Source: a virus
Lineage: Duplodnaviria; Caudoviricetes
DNA: 56,092 nt
IMG/VR virus record: IMGVR_UViG_3300021959_000049
Location: 1-56,092 of that record
Strand: one strand, 5' to 3'
Shown here: positions 45,882 to 56,083 of the stretch, in pieces
Numbering within the stretch: the stretch's first letter is position 1
Layout of the letters: each line of letters begins with the position of its first letter
The notes under the pieces: model-generated
Database searches by the model: none
What the model saw: only the letters and a program-made list of their open reading frames with translations
Told to the model about the DNA's origin: nothing
Made by a program: the position numbers and the translations under genes

Positions 45882-46534
45882 GCTGCAAACTCCATCTTGA
45901 GAGAGGGCATCTGCGCAACGCCTTCAAGACTGTGAGCCATCCAGCCGTTCACCCGGTCAAGGAGCGGGTCTTTGGTATTGTGCGGCCTGTCCAGCAGGCA
46001 AAGGATCCGGCTAGGCCAATGTTCCTGAGCAGCCACGATGTTCTTAGGCAGGTCGTCAAGAATCAGCTTGACCCTTGAGGGATCAACCCGCTTGTGCAGG
46101 ACTTCGTACTTGTCCTCGCTGTAGAGGAGGTTGTCCCACGGAATGCTGTTCCGGCTGAGCCACTCACGGGTGTCTGGGTCTGTGCCGTCGTAGCGTTCGT
46201 ACGGGCGGGTGGTAGTGACCCAGATCTCAAATCCTTCGTCACGCAGATGATTGACCAGCCAATCTGCTCCCGGTCGCATTGGCATCCAGCGCTGAAAGCC
46301 ACCCTGGCGGTATGCCAGCTTTGCCCTGCGGTACTCAGTCAGCTCTAGACCAAGATACTCGTGCAGTTCCATGCTGCCGTCAAACCCGTAGGCCGGAGGG
46401 AACGACGTGTCGAAATACATGGTCGCAAACTTGACGAACTGGCCGTGGTACTCGCCAAGTGTTCCGTCAATGTCTAGTGCAACGATTGGCTTGACCTGGT
46501 CACTGCAAACGCTGCATCTTACTGATTGTTCCAC
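45878..46534 (-). CDS. HAD-family 5'(3')-deoxyribonucleotidase-like phosphatase
   Basis: ALDIDGTL, VTTTRP, K, ILDD and RPHN motifs. Confidence 0.88.
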   Translation of the reverse strand: MEQSVRCSVCSDQVKPIVALDIDGTLGEYHGQFVKFATMYFDTSFPPAYGFDGSMELHEYLGLELTEYRRAKLAYRQGGFQRWMPMRPGADWLVNHLRDEGFEIWVTTTRPYERYDGTDPDTREWLSRNSIPWDNLLYSEDKYEVLHKRVDPSRVKLILDDLPKNIVAAQEHWPSRILCLLDRPHNTKDPLLDRVNGWMAHSLEGVAQMPSLKMEFAA

Positions 46535-46683
46535 TTTGATTCCTTGATTGCTTCTAGTGCTTGTTCTTGAGTGTGATAGATACGGTCGCCAAACTCAGGG
46601 TGTAACACTTTAGTCCCTGCGTACACGACTCGCCAACTGGTCTGTTTCGAGCCGAGATAGCCCCACCAAGACCGAGTCTTCAT
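46519..46683 (-). CDS. Small hypothetical protein
   Basis: MKTRSWWGY...; fills a gap in the operon. Confidence 0.5.
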   Translation of the reverse strand: MKTRSWWGYLGSKQTSWRVVYAGTKVLHPEFGDRIYHTQEQALEAIKESKWNNQ

Positions 46684-46700
46684 GCTCACTTCAATAGCTT

Positions 46701-47495
46701 CTAGCTCAACCACTCTTCCATCTCCTTCTCTACGTCTTGTTCCGAGTGATGAACAAGTACGCCTTTCTGCCACTTGCCGTAGCGACCAACGAGCTTGACG
46801 TTGCCCGGTACGATCCTGGCTCTGGTCTCGTCGCCGCCCGTCACTGCCAGCGGCTTGCTGACCCGAACATATTCAAGGGTTTCGTCTACAGGGGGCAGCG
46901 AATACTCAATGCCGTAGTAACCGTTGATGTAGCTCATACGGTACGGAACGGATGTGTCATCACCCAGGTAGTGAATCCAATGCCCGCCTTCAAGAGGCAT
47001 TGACTCCGGCTGCACCTGTGAGATCCAAACATTCTGGTGGGTGAACAGGTGCTCTTCGCGAGACTGCGAGATGAATGGCAAGGGCAGACTGCTGAACACA
47101 AGCTCGAACTGGTCAGAGACATTCTCAACGCTACGGTGCGTGATCTCTGAGAAGATCATGTTCATGTAGAGCTGATCCCACAGGTGAGCGTAGACCTCTC
47201 TCAGAGACCAGCTAGCCATCACACCCTCGGGGTACAGGTCCCAGCTACACGGTGCCTCTCGGTCACCGTAGATCTTCTCTGCGTAACCTTCGCGAGTGCC
47301 GGTCTTGATGTATTGCACATCGAAGCTCTTCTGCTCAATGTCCAAGCCTGAGATCGGCTTGTGCAACACCTGAGCACCGCTGATGTAGCTCGGCTTGTCT
47401 TCCTTGGTGATGATGGTGACCTTGGCACCCATCCTCTGCGCTGTGTGCGCAGCCACTAGTCCGGCAGGACCAGCCCCTAGAACTGCTACCCTCAT
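46701..47495 (-). CDS. FAD/NAD-dependent oxidoreductase
   Basis: MRVAVLGAGPAGL Rossmann motif; C-terminal VGRYGKW as in UDP-galactopyranose-mutase-like flavoproteins. Confidence 0.85.
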   Translation of the reverse strand: MRVAVLGAGPAGLVAAHTAQRMGAKVTIITKEDKPSYISGAQVLHKPISGLDIEQKSFDVQYIKTGTREGYAEKIYGDREAPCSWDLYPEGVMASWSLREVYAHLWDQLYMNMIFSEITHRSVENVSDQFELVFSSLPLPFISQSREEHLFTHQNVWISQVQPESMPLEGGHWIHYLGDDTSVPYRMSYINGYYGIEYSLPPVDETLEYVRVSKPLAVTGGDETRARIVPGNVKLVGRYGKWQKGVLVHHSEQDVEKEMEEWLS

Positions 47496-50257
47496 GCTGG
47501 AATCTCCCTGATTAGCTCAATGATCTGTGGCGTCATAGCGTACTGTTCCCCGTGCTTGTCTAGGAATCCCATCTGGTACAGGTTGGATGCTTCCTGCACG
47601 GCCTGACTGAACTCAGCGTATGCCGCCATGTTCCTAAGCTCAAGTGCGCTGAAGAATCCGTCCACGCCCCGAAGGTACACCGTCAGCTCTCTGTTGTTGA
47701 TGAGCATGGTCTTTGCGTTGTCCCAGTTCTCATGGGCACGCTTGACCCTGCTGTTCTCCAGCTTGCTGACATGACCGTAGCCAAACTGCTGCCGGTCGTA
47801 GATCGAGCGCAGGAACTTAGCCGCTAGCGAAACGTGGTCCGGCCTGACAATCAAGCGCACGCCATCGTCAGTGCTGAACGTGCGAGCCGCGATGGCAGCC
47901 GCCACCCGAGCCAGCTTTACCCTGACGTTAGCCTGCTGAATCAGCGGCGGTCTACTGGCGTAGTCTTCGCCCAGGGTGATGGCCTTCTCGTAAATGGCTT
48001 CTAGCGTGTCACGACCGATGACCACATCTTCCGGTGTGCGGGACCACGCCCAGCCAACCACCTTCTGCAATAGTTCCGGAGCGTACTGACGTTCTGGCCT
48101 GCTGTCTGTGATCTGATTGGCACGCTCGGTGCCGGGGTCGTTGCTGTGAACGCTCATGGCCATGTCAAAGCGAGCCAAGTCCTCAGGCTTCTCTACTAGG
48201 TCCTGCAACATTCTGACGCCGCTGCTGTAGTGCAGGTCGCTGCTGCGAGGGTTACCGATCCAAAGCAGGCGTGTTCTGGCAAGGGTGCGGTCGCTGCGGA
48301 TCTTGGTCAGCTCGGCGATGCCACTAGAGCGCATGGCACTCAGGTGACCGATCTCCTCGCTGTTGAAACCACTGACCTCATCCAGCACTACCAGCCCACG
48401 GTCGTTCATGGGGATGACGCCCCACGTTGTGACCCACTCCTTGCCAGACATCTGCTGAACACCGCCCAGCACACCGGCCAGACTTGAACTTTCAAGACTG
48501 ACCATTTCGCCACGGCGGTACATCTGCCTGAGGCGACTAGCTGCCTCGGACTTACCGGTTCGGGTCTCGCCAACGACGACTGCGTCTAGCCAACCCTTTG
48601 TAACTTCTTCGTCGCCCAGGTTGAACCGCATCACGCTGTGCCATACCAGATCCATGAAGATGTGCATGTTGCTGCGACCGTAAATGTGAGTCACATGTTC
48701 TGCCAGGTCGTCCGCTATTGAGCGGAGCTTCTTGCCGACCTTGCCCACCGGGGCCGAAACCAAGTCGTGAAGGGTTGCCACCTCGTCATCGGTCATCGAC
48801 CAAGTGTCGAGGTCTGTTTCAATGGCTGAGCTTGCCCAGCCCACGACCTCGTTCTTGTTGTTCTGTGGGTTGACACGCTGCTCGCCAATGAGCTTGACGC
48901 CCTTGTTGGCAGTGATGTCGTGCAGCCCCACGATGTGAAACTGCCGCATCGTAGTGACGTCGTTGTTGGTCAGGTCTGATGCGTCCTCGTCGAAGAACTG
49001 CGTGGCAAACACTTTCGTGACGCTGTGCATGTCGTCGATCTGGTATCTGAAGCTAGGACAGTCCTCACCCTTGAGCGGGCTTGCATCTACGATTGACTTG
49101 CGCTCGCTACGGTTGCCGCCGTACAGAACATGCAGCAAGCCAGGGTCATTCTGACTGAGTGCGATGTTGGTCTTGCCACCCAGGCCGTTCATCGGGCAGG
49201 CGAGGCAGCGGTCGTCTTGGTCTTGACCGCACTTCAGAGCAACCCTGTGCGGGTACAGGAACTGGTCCTGAGCTACACCGCCCACCCTGATGCGCATCGG
49301 TGATGCCTTGCCGAAGTTGTCACCGTCCAAGGATTCAAGAACGCTGAGCACATCTGCTGGCTCTTGCTCGGGGCCAGAAAGTAGTTCTGCAAAGTCCTCT
49401 GCCGTATGGCCATCTCTAACGAAGTAGTCCGAGAGGTCATAGCCTTTCTCGTCACTGGGCAGGCTGACCGTAGTAACACGGTTCGCGATACCAGCCAGCT
49501 CAGTTTCGATAATCAGGTTTGCCTTCGCACCTTTCTCGTCCATGTCATGACACGCGATGACATCAAGACCTTCGAACTGCTCATTCCAAGTTGAGTGCCA
49601 GGTGTCGGCTCCACCCGTCCTCGTGATAGCCAAGACACCATTCTGGATTGCAACCAATGCATCCCACTCGCCTTCGCAAACCACGATCTGCCCGTGCTCA
49701 TGTGCTTCCTCCAAGATGCTGTGCGGATACAGAACCGGCTGACCGTGACCCTTGACGTTCCTGATCTTTGGGAACTCTGGGCCTGGGTCTGGGTCGTACC
49801 GGCGCACGTTCTGCAACTGACCCTCCCAATACACTGGGATCGTGTAGACCTCGCGCAGCGGGTCGTAGCCGATCTCAAACTCCTTGAGAGTCTCACGGCT
49901 CAGGCCACGGTCTTTGGTCAAGTATGAACGCTCAGTGCGGAACTCCTTGCTCAGCAAGAACTTGTGCCAACGCCGCACCTGCTTCTGGCTGAGAGTCTCG
50001 CCCTTGCTGCGACGCTCACGCTTACTGCGCACCTCGGCGCTACCCCACTCGCCGCCTGCCAGCGTCGCTACCAGAGCGTCCACAGGACCGCCCTGGCTGC
50101 ACCCGTGGCAGTACCAGACCTGATTGGGCACGTTGACGCTAGCGCTGCGCCTCGTGTCTTGATGATCCGGGTGTGGGCAGTGCATCGCCCACTCACCGGT
50201 TGATTCGTCGTAACTGCCAACTACGTAGGCCAGCAGTTCTACTGGGATCCCCGTCAT
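47492..50257 (-). CDS. DnaG-type primase fused to an MCM-like AAA+ helicase
   Basis: Zn finger CPHPDH...CHGC; TOPRIM VCEGEWD and HDMD; GETRTGKS; VVLDE; RLLWIGNP; LARFD Arg finger. Confidence 0.88.
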   Translation of the reverse strand: MTGIPVELLAYVVGSYDESTGEWAMHCPHPDHQDTRRSASVNVPNQVWYCHGCSQGGPVDALVATLAGGEWGSAEVRSKRERRSKGETLSQKQVRRWHKFLLSKEFRTERSYLTKDRGLSRETLKEFEIGYDPLREVYTIPVYWEGQLQNVRRYDPDPGPEFPKIRNVKGHGQPVLYPHSILEEAHEHGQIVVCEGEWDALVAIQNGVLAITRTGGADTWHSTWNEQFEGLDVIACHDMDEKGAKANLIIETELAGIANRVTTVSLPSDEKGYDLSDYFVRDGHTAEDFAELLSGPEQEPADVLSVLESLDGDNFGKASPMRIRVGGVAQDQFLYPHRVALKCGQDQDDRCLACPMNGLGGKTNIALSQNDPGLLHVLYGGNRSERKSIVDASPLKGEDCPSFRYQIDDMHSVTKVFATQFFDEDASDLTNNDVTTMRQFHIVGLHDITANKGVKLIGEQRVNPQNNKNEVVGWASSAIETDLDTWSMTDDEVATLHDLVSAPVGKVGKKLRSIADDLAEHVTHIYGRSNMHIFMDLVWHSVMRFNLGDEEVTKGWLDAVVVGETRTGKSEAASRLRQMYRRGEMVSLESSSLAGVLGGVQQMSGKEWVTTWGVIPMNDRGLVVLDEVSGFNSEEIGHLSAMRSSGIAELTKIRSDRTLARTRLLWIGNPRSSDLHYSSGVRMLQDLVEKPEDLARFDMAMSVHSNDPGTERANQITDSRPERQYAPELLQKVVGWAWSRTPEDVVIGRDTLEAIYEKAITLGEDYASRPPLIQQANVRVKLARVAAAIAARTFSTDDGVRLIVRPDHVSLAAKFLRSIYDRQQFGYGHVSKLENSRVKRAHENWDNAKTMLINNRELTVYLRGVDGFFSALELRNMAAYAEFSQAVQEASNLYQMGFLDKHGEQYAMTPQIIELIREIPA

Positions 50258-50269
50258 AGTGTGTGTGAG

Positions 50270-50521
50270 TTATGCTTTGGCTGAGAAGAACTGACGCTTG
50301 ACTTCTGCGTAGCGCTTGTTATATTCCCTGGGATCAACCAGCGCAGTACCCTCTTGGTAGGCTTCTAGGTCACGGAGAAGCGACCCCGTAGCCAGGAAGA
50401 TCCAGTAGCAGGTACTGCCCTCAAACTCTGTTCGCTGACTGGGGTGCCCCTGCACATTCAAGAATGTGACGCAACCCATGTCATTGCTTCTATATTCTGT
50501 TGGTGGTGTTTGTTCAGACAT
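50270..50521 (-). CDS. Hypothetical protein
   Basis: 83 aa in the replication operon. Confidence 0.7.
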   Translation of the reverse strand: MSEQTPPTEYRSNDMGCVTFLNVQGHPSQRTEFEGSTCYWIFLATGSLLRDLEAYQEGTALVDPREYNKRYAEVKRQFFSAKA

Positions 50522-50573
50522 CGCGATCTCTTAGTGGTTCGGTAACGGGTCGTCGCTACCATAGCTCTTACGA

Positions 50574-50611
50574 GGGGCGACTCGGCAACGCTCAGGCTGC
50601 CGAGCCGCCCC
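50574..50611 (-). terminator. Terminator after SSB
   Basis: GGGGCGGCUCGGCA...UGCCGAGUCGCCCC, 14-bp stem. Confidence 0.75.
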
Positions 50612-50624
50612 CGGTAGGACCTGC

Positions 50625-51389
<765 letters not shown>

Positions 51390-51394
51390 TACTT

Positions 51395-52165
51395 TCACTT
51401 CCTACTTGTAGCTTTGGTGGTCTTCTTGGCGGGACGCCGCTTTGGCGTACCCTGAATTGCGTCCATGATCTGTGGGACGGTCGGGTCTATCATCCGGGCG
51501 GGTAGCGCCTGGAATCGGTCCTTGGCCTCCATAGTCTTGGACTTCTGGGTATACAGCACCCGCTGCACACCACCCTTCTTGGCAACCGCACGGTAGTACG
51601 TCACCAAGTTCATGAGCCCGCAGAGCTTCTGGCTGTAGAGTCCCTTGCTGCCAGGCAATGCGGGGATACTAATGTCGTCACCTTCTGGCGACTCCATCTG
51701 CATGACGTGAGCCGTCATGATGAAGTTGACCGGTGCCCCGATGAGGGTGCGAACCTGCTTGCTGAACATGTTCTGGTTCCGCAGATACTCGGCACGGTCC
51801 GGAATGTAGAGATCACGGTGGGGCTTGGTCGCAACCAAATCAGCCATGATGTGATCCATGCCCTGCTCCATGAACAGGGTGCCGTTGTCAAACACAACGA
51901 AGTCATATTCGGCATGGCCCTCATTGATGACGTAAGCCGCAGCATCGGCCAGCTCGTTGTAGTCGTCCACGACCCACATGTCTGGCTGATGCGTCTGCTT
52001 GCGAAGACTGACGGTCTCGTCTGGGTTGTTGGCGAGCCACAAGGTCTTGCCCACTTCTGCCGCTGTGCCTGCCAGCATGGTCTTGCCCACGCCGGGTTCG
52101 CTGTAGAGCATCCAGTTGAGATGCGCCTCCTGCGAGATCGGTATGATGTTAGATGGTTTACCCAC
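51395..52165 (-). CDS. AAA_24/Sak4-like recombination ATPase
   Basis: YSEPGVGKT, VVFDNGT, IMTAH and AKDR motifs. Confidence 0.85.
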   Translation of the reverse strand: MGKPSNIIPISQEAHLNWMLYSEPGVGKTMLAGTAAEVGKTLWLANNPDETVSLRKQTHQPDMWVVDDYNELADAAAYVINEGHAEYDFVVFDNGTLFMEQGMDHIMADLVATKPHRDLYIPDRAEYLRNQNMFSKQVRTLIGAPVNFIMTAHVMQMESPEGDDISIPALPGSKGLYSQKLCGLMNLVTYYRAVAKKGGVQRVLYTQKSKTMEAKDRFQALPARMIDPTVPQIMDAIQGTPKRRPAKKTTKATSRK

Positions 52166-53162
52166 GTTCCTGAACCTCGGTATCTCGGTGGTCTACGTAT
52201 GGATCCCACTTGCGAGTGGTGGACTCCAGAACACTCTGGTAATCCTCCGCTGCTTCGTGGACCTCGCACGCATCTCTGAACTGACAGTAGGAACACTGCC
52301 GCCCTGGAGACTTGTAGATCGGGAGCTTGCGCTTTCGTGCAAGCTGCATTTCTTTAGCGACCTGTGCGAATCGTTTGTCTAGCGCCCGTCGCTGATCGAC
52401 TGTGCGGTAGACGTTGCTGCGCAGAAACTTCTGCTGGGGCTGTTGCTTGCTAATAGAACCGTCACGGTTGAGCGAAAGGCCGTCCTCGTTCACGGGTCGT
52501 TCATCGGTCGCGATGTTCTTGGCCATCCGGTTGTATTGCAAGAACGTAATCTGGCTCTGGTCATTGACGACGCCCAGGTGCTCAAGGTAGATCGGACCGT
52601 AGGTCCAATACATGCCGTTCTGCTCGTCCATGTGCTCAGGCGCTCCGAAGGGCTGCAACGTGGCACCCGTCTTGTGCTCCATGAAGCCAAAGCGCTTGAT
52701 GCTGTGATCAAACACCGTGAGGTCGATGGTGCCGACCGCCGTGCCACAGTCACGCTTCTTGCCGTCCAGCACGGTTACTGCGAAAGTCATTTCTGGGGCG
52801 ATGACCTCGATGTGGTCGTCCTTGCCCCACTCGTCCTGGTAGTTCTTGAGCATTTCAACTGCAAGCTCGTCAATGGCGATCTGGTCGCCATTACTGCCAG
52901 GAACCGGGTTGTGGTAGATAGTGTCGCTACCGTCGAACAGTTCTGCGTAGGCCGCTGCTACGTGATCGTGCAGATGCTTGCCTGCACGCTTCTTGCCTAC
53001 GACGTACCAGCGTTCTAGCGCTGCATGGACCAGCGACCCAAGAGCCAGCGGTCCACGCTCTTCAATGGACTCACGCTGCTTGACGTAGGACCACCACCAC
53101 TTCAGGCGGCATTCCTTGTAGGTCGAGATCTCACTATTACGAATTAGAAGTTCTTGGCTCAT
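52158..53162 (-). CDS. PD-(D/E)XK Cas4/RecB-like exonuclease
   Basis: C...GSLVHAALE...GTIDL...EHKT...Q...Y...CSYCQFRDAC. Confidence 0.9.
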   Translation of the reverse strand: MSQELLIRNSEISTYKECRLKWWWSYVKQRESIEERGPLALGSLVHAALERWYVVGKKRAGKHLHDHVAAAYAELFDGSDTIYHNPVPGSNGDQIAIDELAVEMLKNYQDEWGKDDHIEVIAPEMTFAVTVLDGKKRDCGTAVGTIDLTVFDHSIKRFGFMEHKTGATLQPFGAPEHMDEQNGMYWTYGPIYLEHLGVVNDQSQITFLQYNRMAKNIATDERPVNEDGLSLNRDGSISKQQPQQKFLRSNVYRTVDQRRALDKRFAQVAKEMQLARKRKLPIYKSPGRQCSYCQFRDACEVHEAAEDYQSVLESTTRKWDPYVDHRDTEVQERG

Positions 53163-53222
53163 AGCTAGCTCCTAGATAGGTGTGTCAGCTTACTCTGCAA
53201 ACTACAGCGTTGCAACTCTGCC

Positions 53223-53325
53223 AAGTTACACTCAGCGTATACCCGAGCCCTCGTGGCAGTAGAGGGGGTGATGAGGCCATGCAATCGCCCCACAATCAGT
53301 CGCGTATACACTGAGTGCAACTTAG
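53223..53325. promoter_or_regulatory. Two divergent copies of the GTATACRCTGAGTGYAACTT motif
   Basis: 53223-53245 is the exact 23-bp reverse complement of 11788-11810; 53304-53325 matches 11791-11812 with 2 mismatches. Confidence 0.85.
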
Positions 53326-55424
53326 GCTCGGAACTCAGCGGAAAACCCGCCTCTACGGGCATCCAGAACGTTCCAGTTCTGCTCTGCCTTGCCCTTTGTA
53401 GTGTTCCAGATGTGGTGTTCTACTGTGCCTACGCTCCGTAGATAGTGAATGGTTACCTGATCTGTCTTGGACGTCCGGTGCGCACGGTCTTCAGCCTGCT
53501 CCTGGTCGTCTGGATCCCACATCTCGTCCATGAACACAACGGTGTTGCACGTTTCCAAGTTGATGGCCACGCCACCAGCCTTCGTGTTCATGATCATGAC
53601 GTCTAGCTCTTTGTTCCTAAACTTCTCTTGCGCAAGGTCGCGATCCTCTAGCTTCACGTCGCCGGTGATCTTGGCGACCCGCATGTAACGCTTGCGCATC
53701 CACGTGACCAGCAGATCAGCCATGTCTGTGAACTGCGTAAAGACGATGAGCTGCTCTTGCCTGTCGTTGGCAGGGATGTCTTTCTCAAGACCAATTTCTG
53801 CCATGATCTCATCGAGCTGGTCCAGCTTGCCTGAGTTCTCTAGCGGGCGCAGCTTCAGCTTGTCCTTGGTGATGCCAGTCTCAGGATCAATGTCCTTGCC
53901 GACCACTTCAACAACGCACTCTGCGTTAGCGAACTGCTTGAGGCGTGTGTATTCAGCCAAGATGCCAACAGCGCCCAGATTCTGCTCCTGGATAGTGATC
54001 TCAGCGTCTGCCGCGAACTGCTTGTACTGCTTCAACTGGGCAGGCTTCATCTCGCAGTTGTGGTGAACGTACTGCTTAGGTGGAAGCCAGCTTGCGACCT
54101 CCTCTTTGCGATGCCGCACCATGTAGCGCTTCAGCATCTCCCAGAAGGCATCCTCGCGATCTTTGCGGACGCCACCGAACTGTGCGCTGGCGTAGTTGTT
54201 CCACTTGTTGCCCTCGCTGATGACCTCTAGGTACATTCTGCCAAAGGCATTCTTGCTGGTAAAGATCTCAGGCTCTAGCCACTGCAAGATGCCGAACAGC
54301 CTGATGGGTTTGCCGCCCATCGGCGTGCCGCTAAGCGCGATCTTCTTGTTGGCCTTGAGCTTGCGCATGGCTCTGCTGCTGAGCGTGCTGGGGTTACCCA
54401 TGCCCATTCTGTGAAACTCGTCTAGGATCACTGCGCCCCACTCGATCTCATGAAACTCAGGGTACACAGAGACTGTGTCAACGAGAACTTTCTCGCCTGT
54501 CCAGTTGTCGATCTTGTAGTTGCCCTTGAAGCGAATCATCTCAGGATTGCACACGACCCAGAAGTTACGGTCGCCATCTTTGTAGCGCTGATGGGCCTCG
54601 GCCAGGGTGCTGAGCCGCTCCTGCTTGCTCCCTGTGGCGAGGTATACGTCGTCCTGCTGCCAATGCGTTAGCTCGCTCGCCCACACTCGGTTGATGGCCG
54701 TAAGCGGGCACACGACGAGCCACGGGCCTGCCACTTGACCCTCAATAATGGCACCGATGGTTTCAATCGTCTTGCCGACACCAGGCTGATTGCCGTTCAG
54801 CGGGTTAGGGCAGTCAGCAAGGAACTTGACATCTGTCGTTTGGTAGCTGGGCTCCCAGTTCTTGAACGCATCGTTCTTGTCACGGACGCTCATGTCCTTG
54901 CCACGAGGACCGATGTGCAGCGCTCGGTAGAGCTTGCGATTGTTCTCAGCAATGATGGGCAGCTCGCTGTAAGGGCTGTCCAGGATCTTCGTGACGTGAG
55001 AGATCTTGGCCTTCTCTGCCTTGATGAACTCAGCGACTTTCGGGTGCCAGCTCACGTTGCCGTTGAACTTACGCTTCAGAACGCTGCTGAGGATCCGCAA
55101 GTTGTCCAGCCGCTTTGGAACGGTCTGAATGTATTCCCAGAAGCCCGTGTCGTCCTTGATGCTGTCACGCTTGTATCCAGGTGTCTCGGCGATCGCACCG
55201 TTGCACCACATCCACCGAGCCCAGTCGCTGTCTTTCATGTAGCGGCTGTAGGTATCGTTGACCTTGCTGATGTCTTCAGGAGTCGCTTCTGGCGTCAACC
55301 TCGGCAGGGTTTCCTGTGCCTCCTTGCGATCCATGGACTTGATCTCAACCAGGCCGTCTTCAGTGCGGTGCGGCAAGACCCAGATGAATGTGTGTCGCTT
55401 CTCTGGTACAAACAGGTCACTCAT
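53322..55424 (-). CDS. SNF2-family (SF2) helicase
   Basis: PGVGKT, ILDEFH, LSGTP, VFTQF, GGVAINL and QAEDRAHR motifs. Confidence 0.93.
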   Translation of the reverse strand: MSDLFVPEKRHTFIWVLPHRTEDGLVEIKSMDRKEAQETLPRLTPEATPEDISKVNDTYSRYMKDSDWARWMWCNGAIAETPGYKRDSIKDDTGFWEYIQTVPKRLDNLRILSSVLKRKFNGNVSWHPKVAEFIKAEKAKISHVTKILDSPYSELPIIAENNRKLYRALHIGPRGKDMSVRDKNDAFKNWEPSYQTTDVKFLADCPNPLNGNQPGVGKTIETIGAIIEGQVAGPWLVVCPLTAINRVWASELTHWQQDDVYLATGSKQERLSTLAEAHQRYKDGDRNFWVVCNPEMIRFKGNYKIDNWTGEKVLVDTVSVYPEFHEIEWGAVILDEFHRMGMGNPSTLSSRAMRKLKANKKIALSGTPMGGKPIRLFGILQWLEPEIFTSKNAFGRMYLEVISEGNKWNNYASAQFGGVRKDREDAFWEMLKRYMVRHRKEEVASWLPPKQYVHHNCEMKPAQLKQYKQFAADAEITIQEQNLGAVGILAEYTRLKQFANAECVVEVVGKDIDPETGITKDKLKLRPLENSGKLDQLDEIMAEIGLEKDIPANDRQEQLIVFTQFTDMADLLVTWMRKRYMRVAKITGDVKLEDRDLAQEKFRNKELDVMIMNTKAGGVAINLETCNTVVFMDEMWDPDDQEQAEDRAHRTSKTDQVTIHYLRSVGTVEHHIWNTTKGKAEQNWNVLDARRGGFSAEFRA

Positions 55425-55533
55425 CGCCCTGGTCCCACGGTCCGGTTCTGCGAGAAGCCGGGTCTGGATGGTACACGCAGCCCCGCAGGTGTTCCTCTTT
55501 GTCAGTTCGTTTTCTACAATATTCGCATTGCAT
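55417..55533 (-). CDS. 38-aa Zn-finger-like peptide
   Basis: MQCEYCRKRTDKEEHLRGCVYHPD...; RBS AGGAG; overlaps the helicase start. Confidence 0.55.
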   Translation of the reverse strand: MQCEYCRKRTDKEEHLRGCVYHPDPASRRTGPWDQGDE

Positions 55534-55608
55534 GATTAGCTCCTAGGGATGCCGAAATGCCGCAGATTTGCTCTGCGACTGTTTGAGAGATCTAGTTTGT
55601 TCTGTAGA

Positions 55609-55721
55609 GGTTGGGTGGCCCTCGGGAGAAAGGCAACAGAAACTCCCGAGAGCCGCCCAACCCCTCCGACTTACTTCTGTTCAGCCGGAAAGATTGAGCC
55701 TGAGGATAGGATGTTAGCTCA
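55609..55721 (-). ncRNA. Candidate antisense (anti-RBS) small RNA
   Basis: 20-bp stem (55609-55662) whose minus-strand loop is UUUCUGUUGCCUUU, plus CUAUCCUCAGG at 55709-55699; both are complementary to early-gene RBS regions. Confidence 0.5.
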
Positions 55722-55957
55722 TCGAGCCGTGATCTTTGCGATATCGCCCTGCTCGAGACCCCACTCGTCGCCATCGGCGTCGGTGATCTCGAACATGCCA
55801 TTGGATTCTGCCACCATGACCGCCTTGAGCTTGTCGCCATCGGTCGTGTGAACGAACTTGTTGACCATCGCCTTGACGAGTTCGTCAGCAGTCATTTCGC
55901 TGACATTGGCCGGTGCCTTCTTGGCAGGGGCCTTCTTGGCGGGTGCCTTGGCTGCCT
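55719..55957 (-). CDS. C-terminal part of the junction-spanning HTH-like protein (AKKAP-repeat linker plus small domain)
   Basis: Continues in frame as ...KAAKAPAKKAPAKKAPANVSEMTADELVKAMVNKF...IAKITAR*, with TGA at 55721-55719. Confidence 0.8.
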
Positions 55958-56083
55958 TCTCCTTGACGGGCTCAGCCTTCTCGCCAGCACGACGACCACC
56001 ACGCAGGACATTGTCGATCTCGCCACCATTACCGAAGTAGATGGAGCGGGCCTTGATCTCACCAATAGCGCCACGACCAAGGC
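55958..56083 (+). repeat. Terminal direct repeat, copy 2 (assembly overlap)
   Basis: Identical to 1-126. The last 9 nt (56084-56092) diverge and form a fold-back. Confidence 0.95.
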
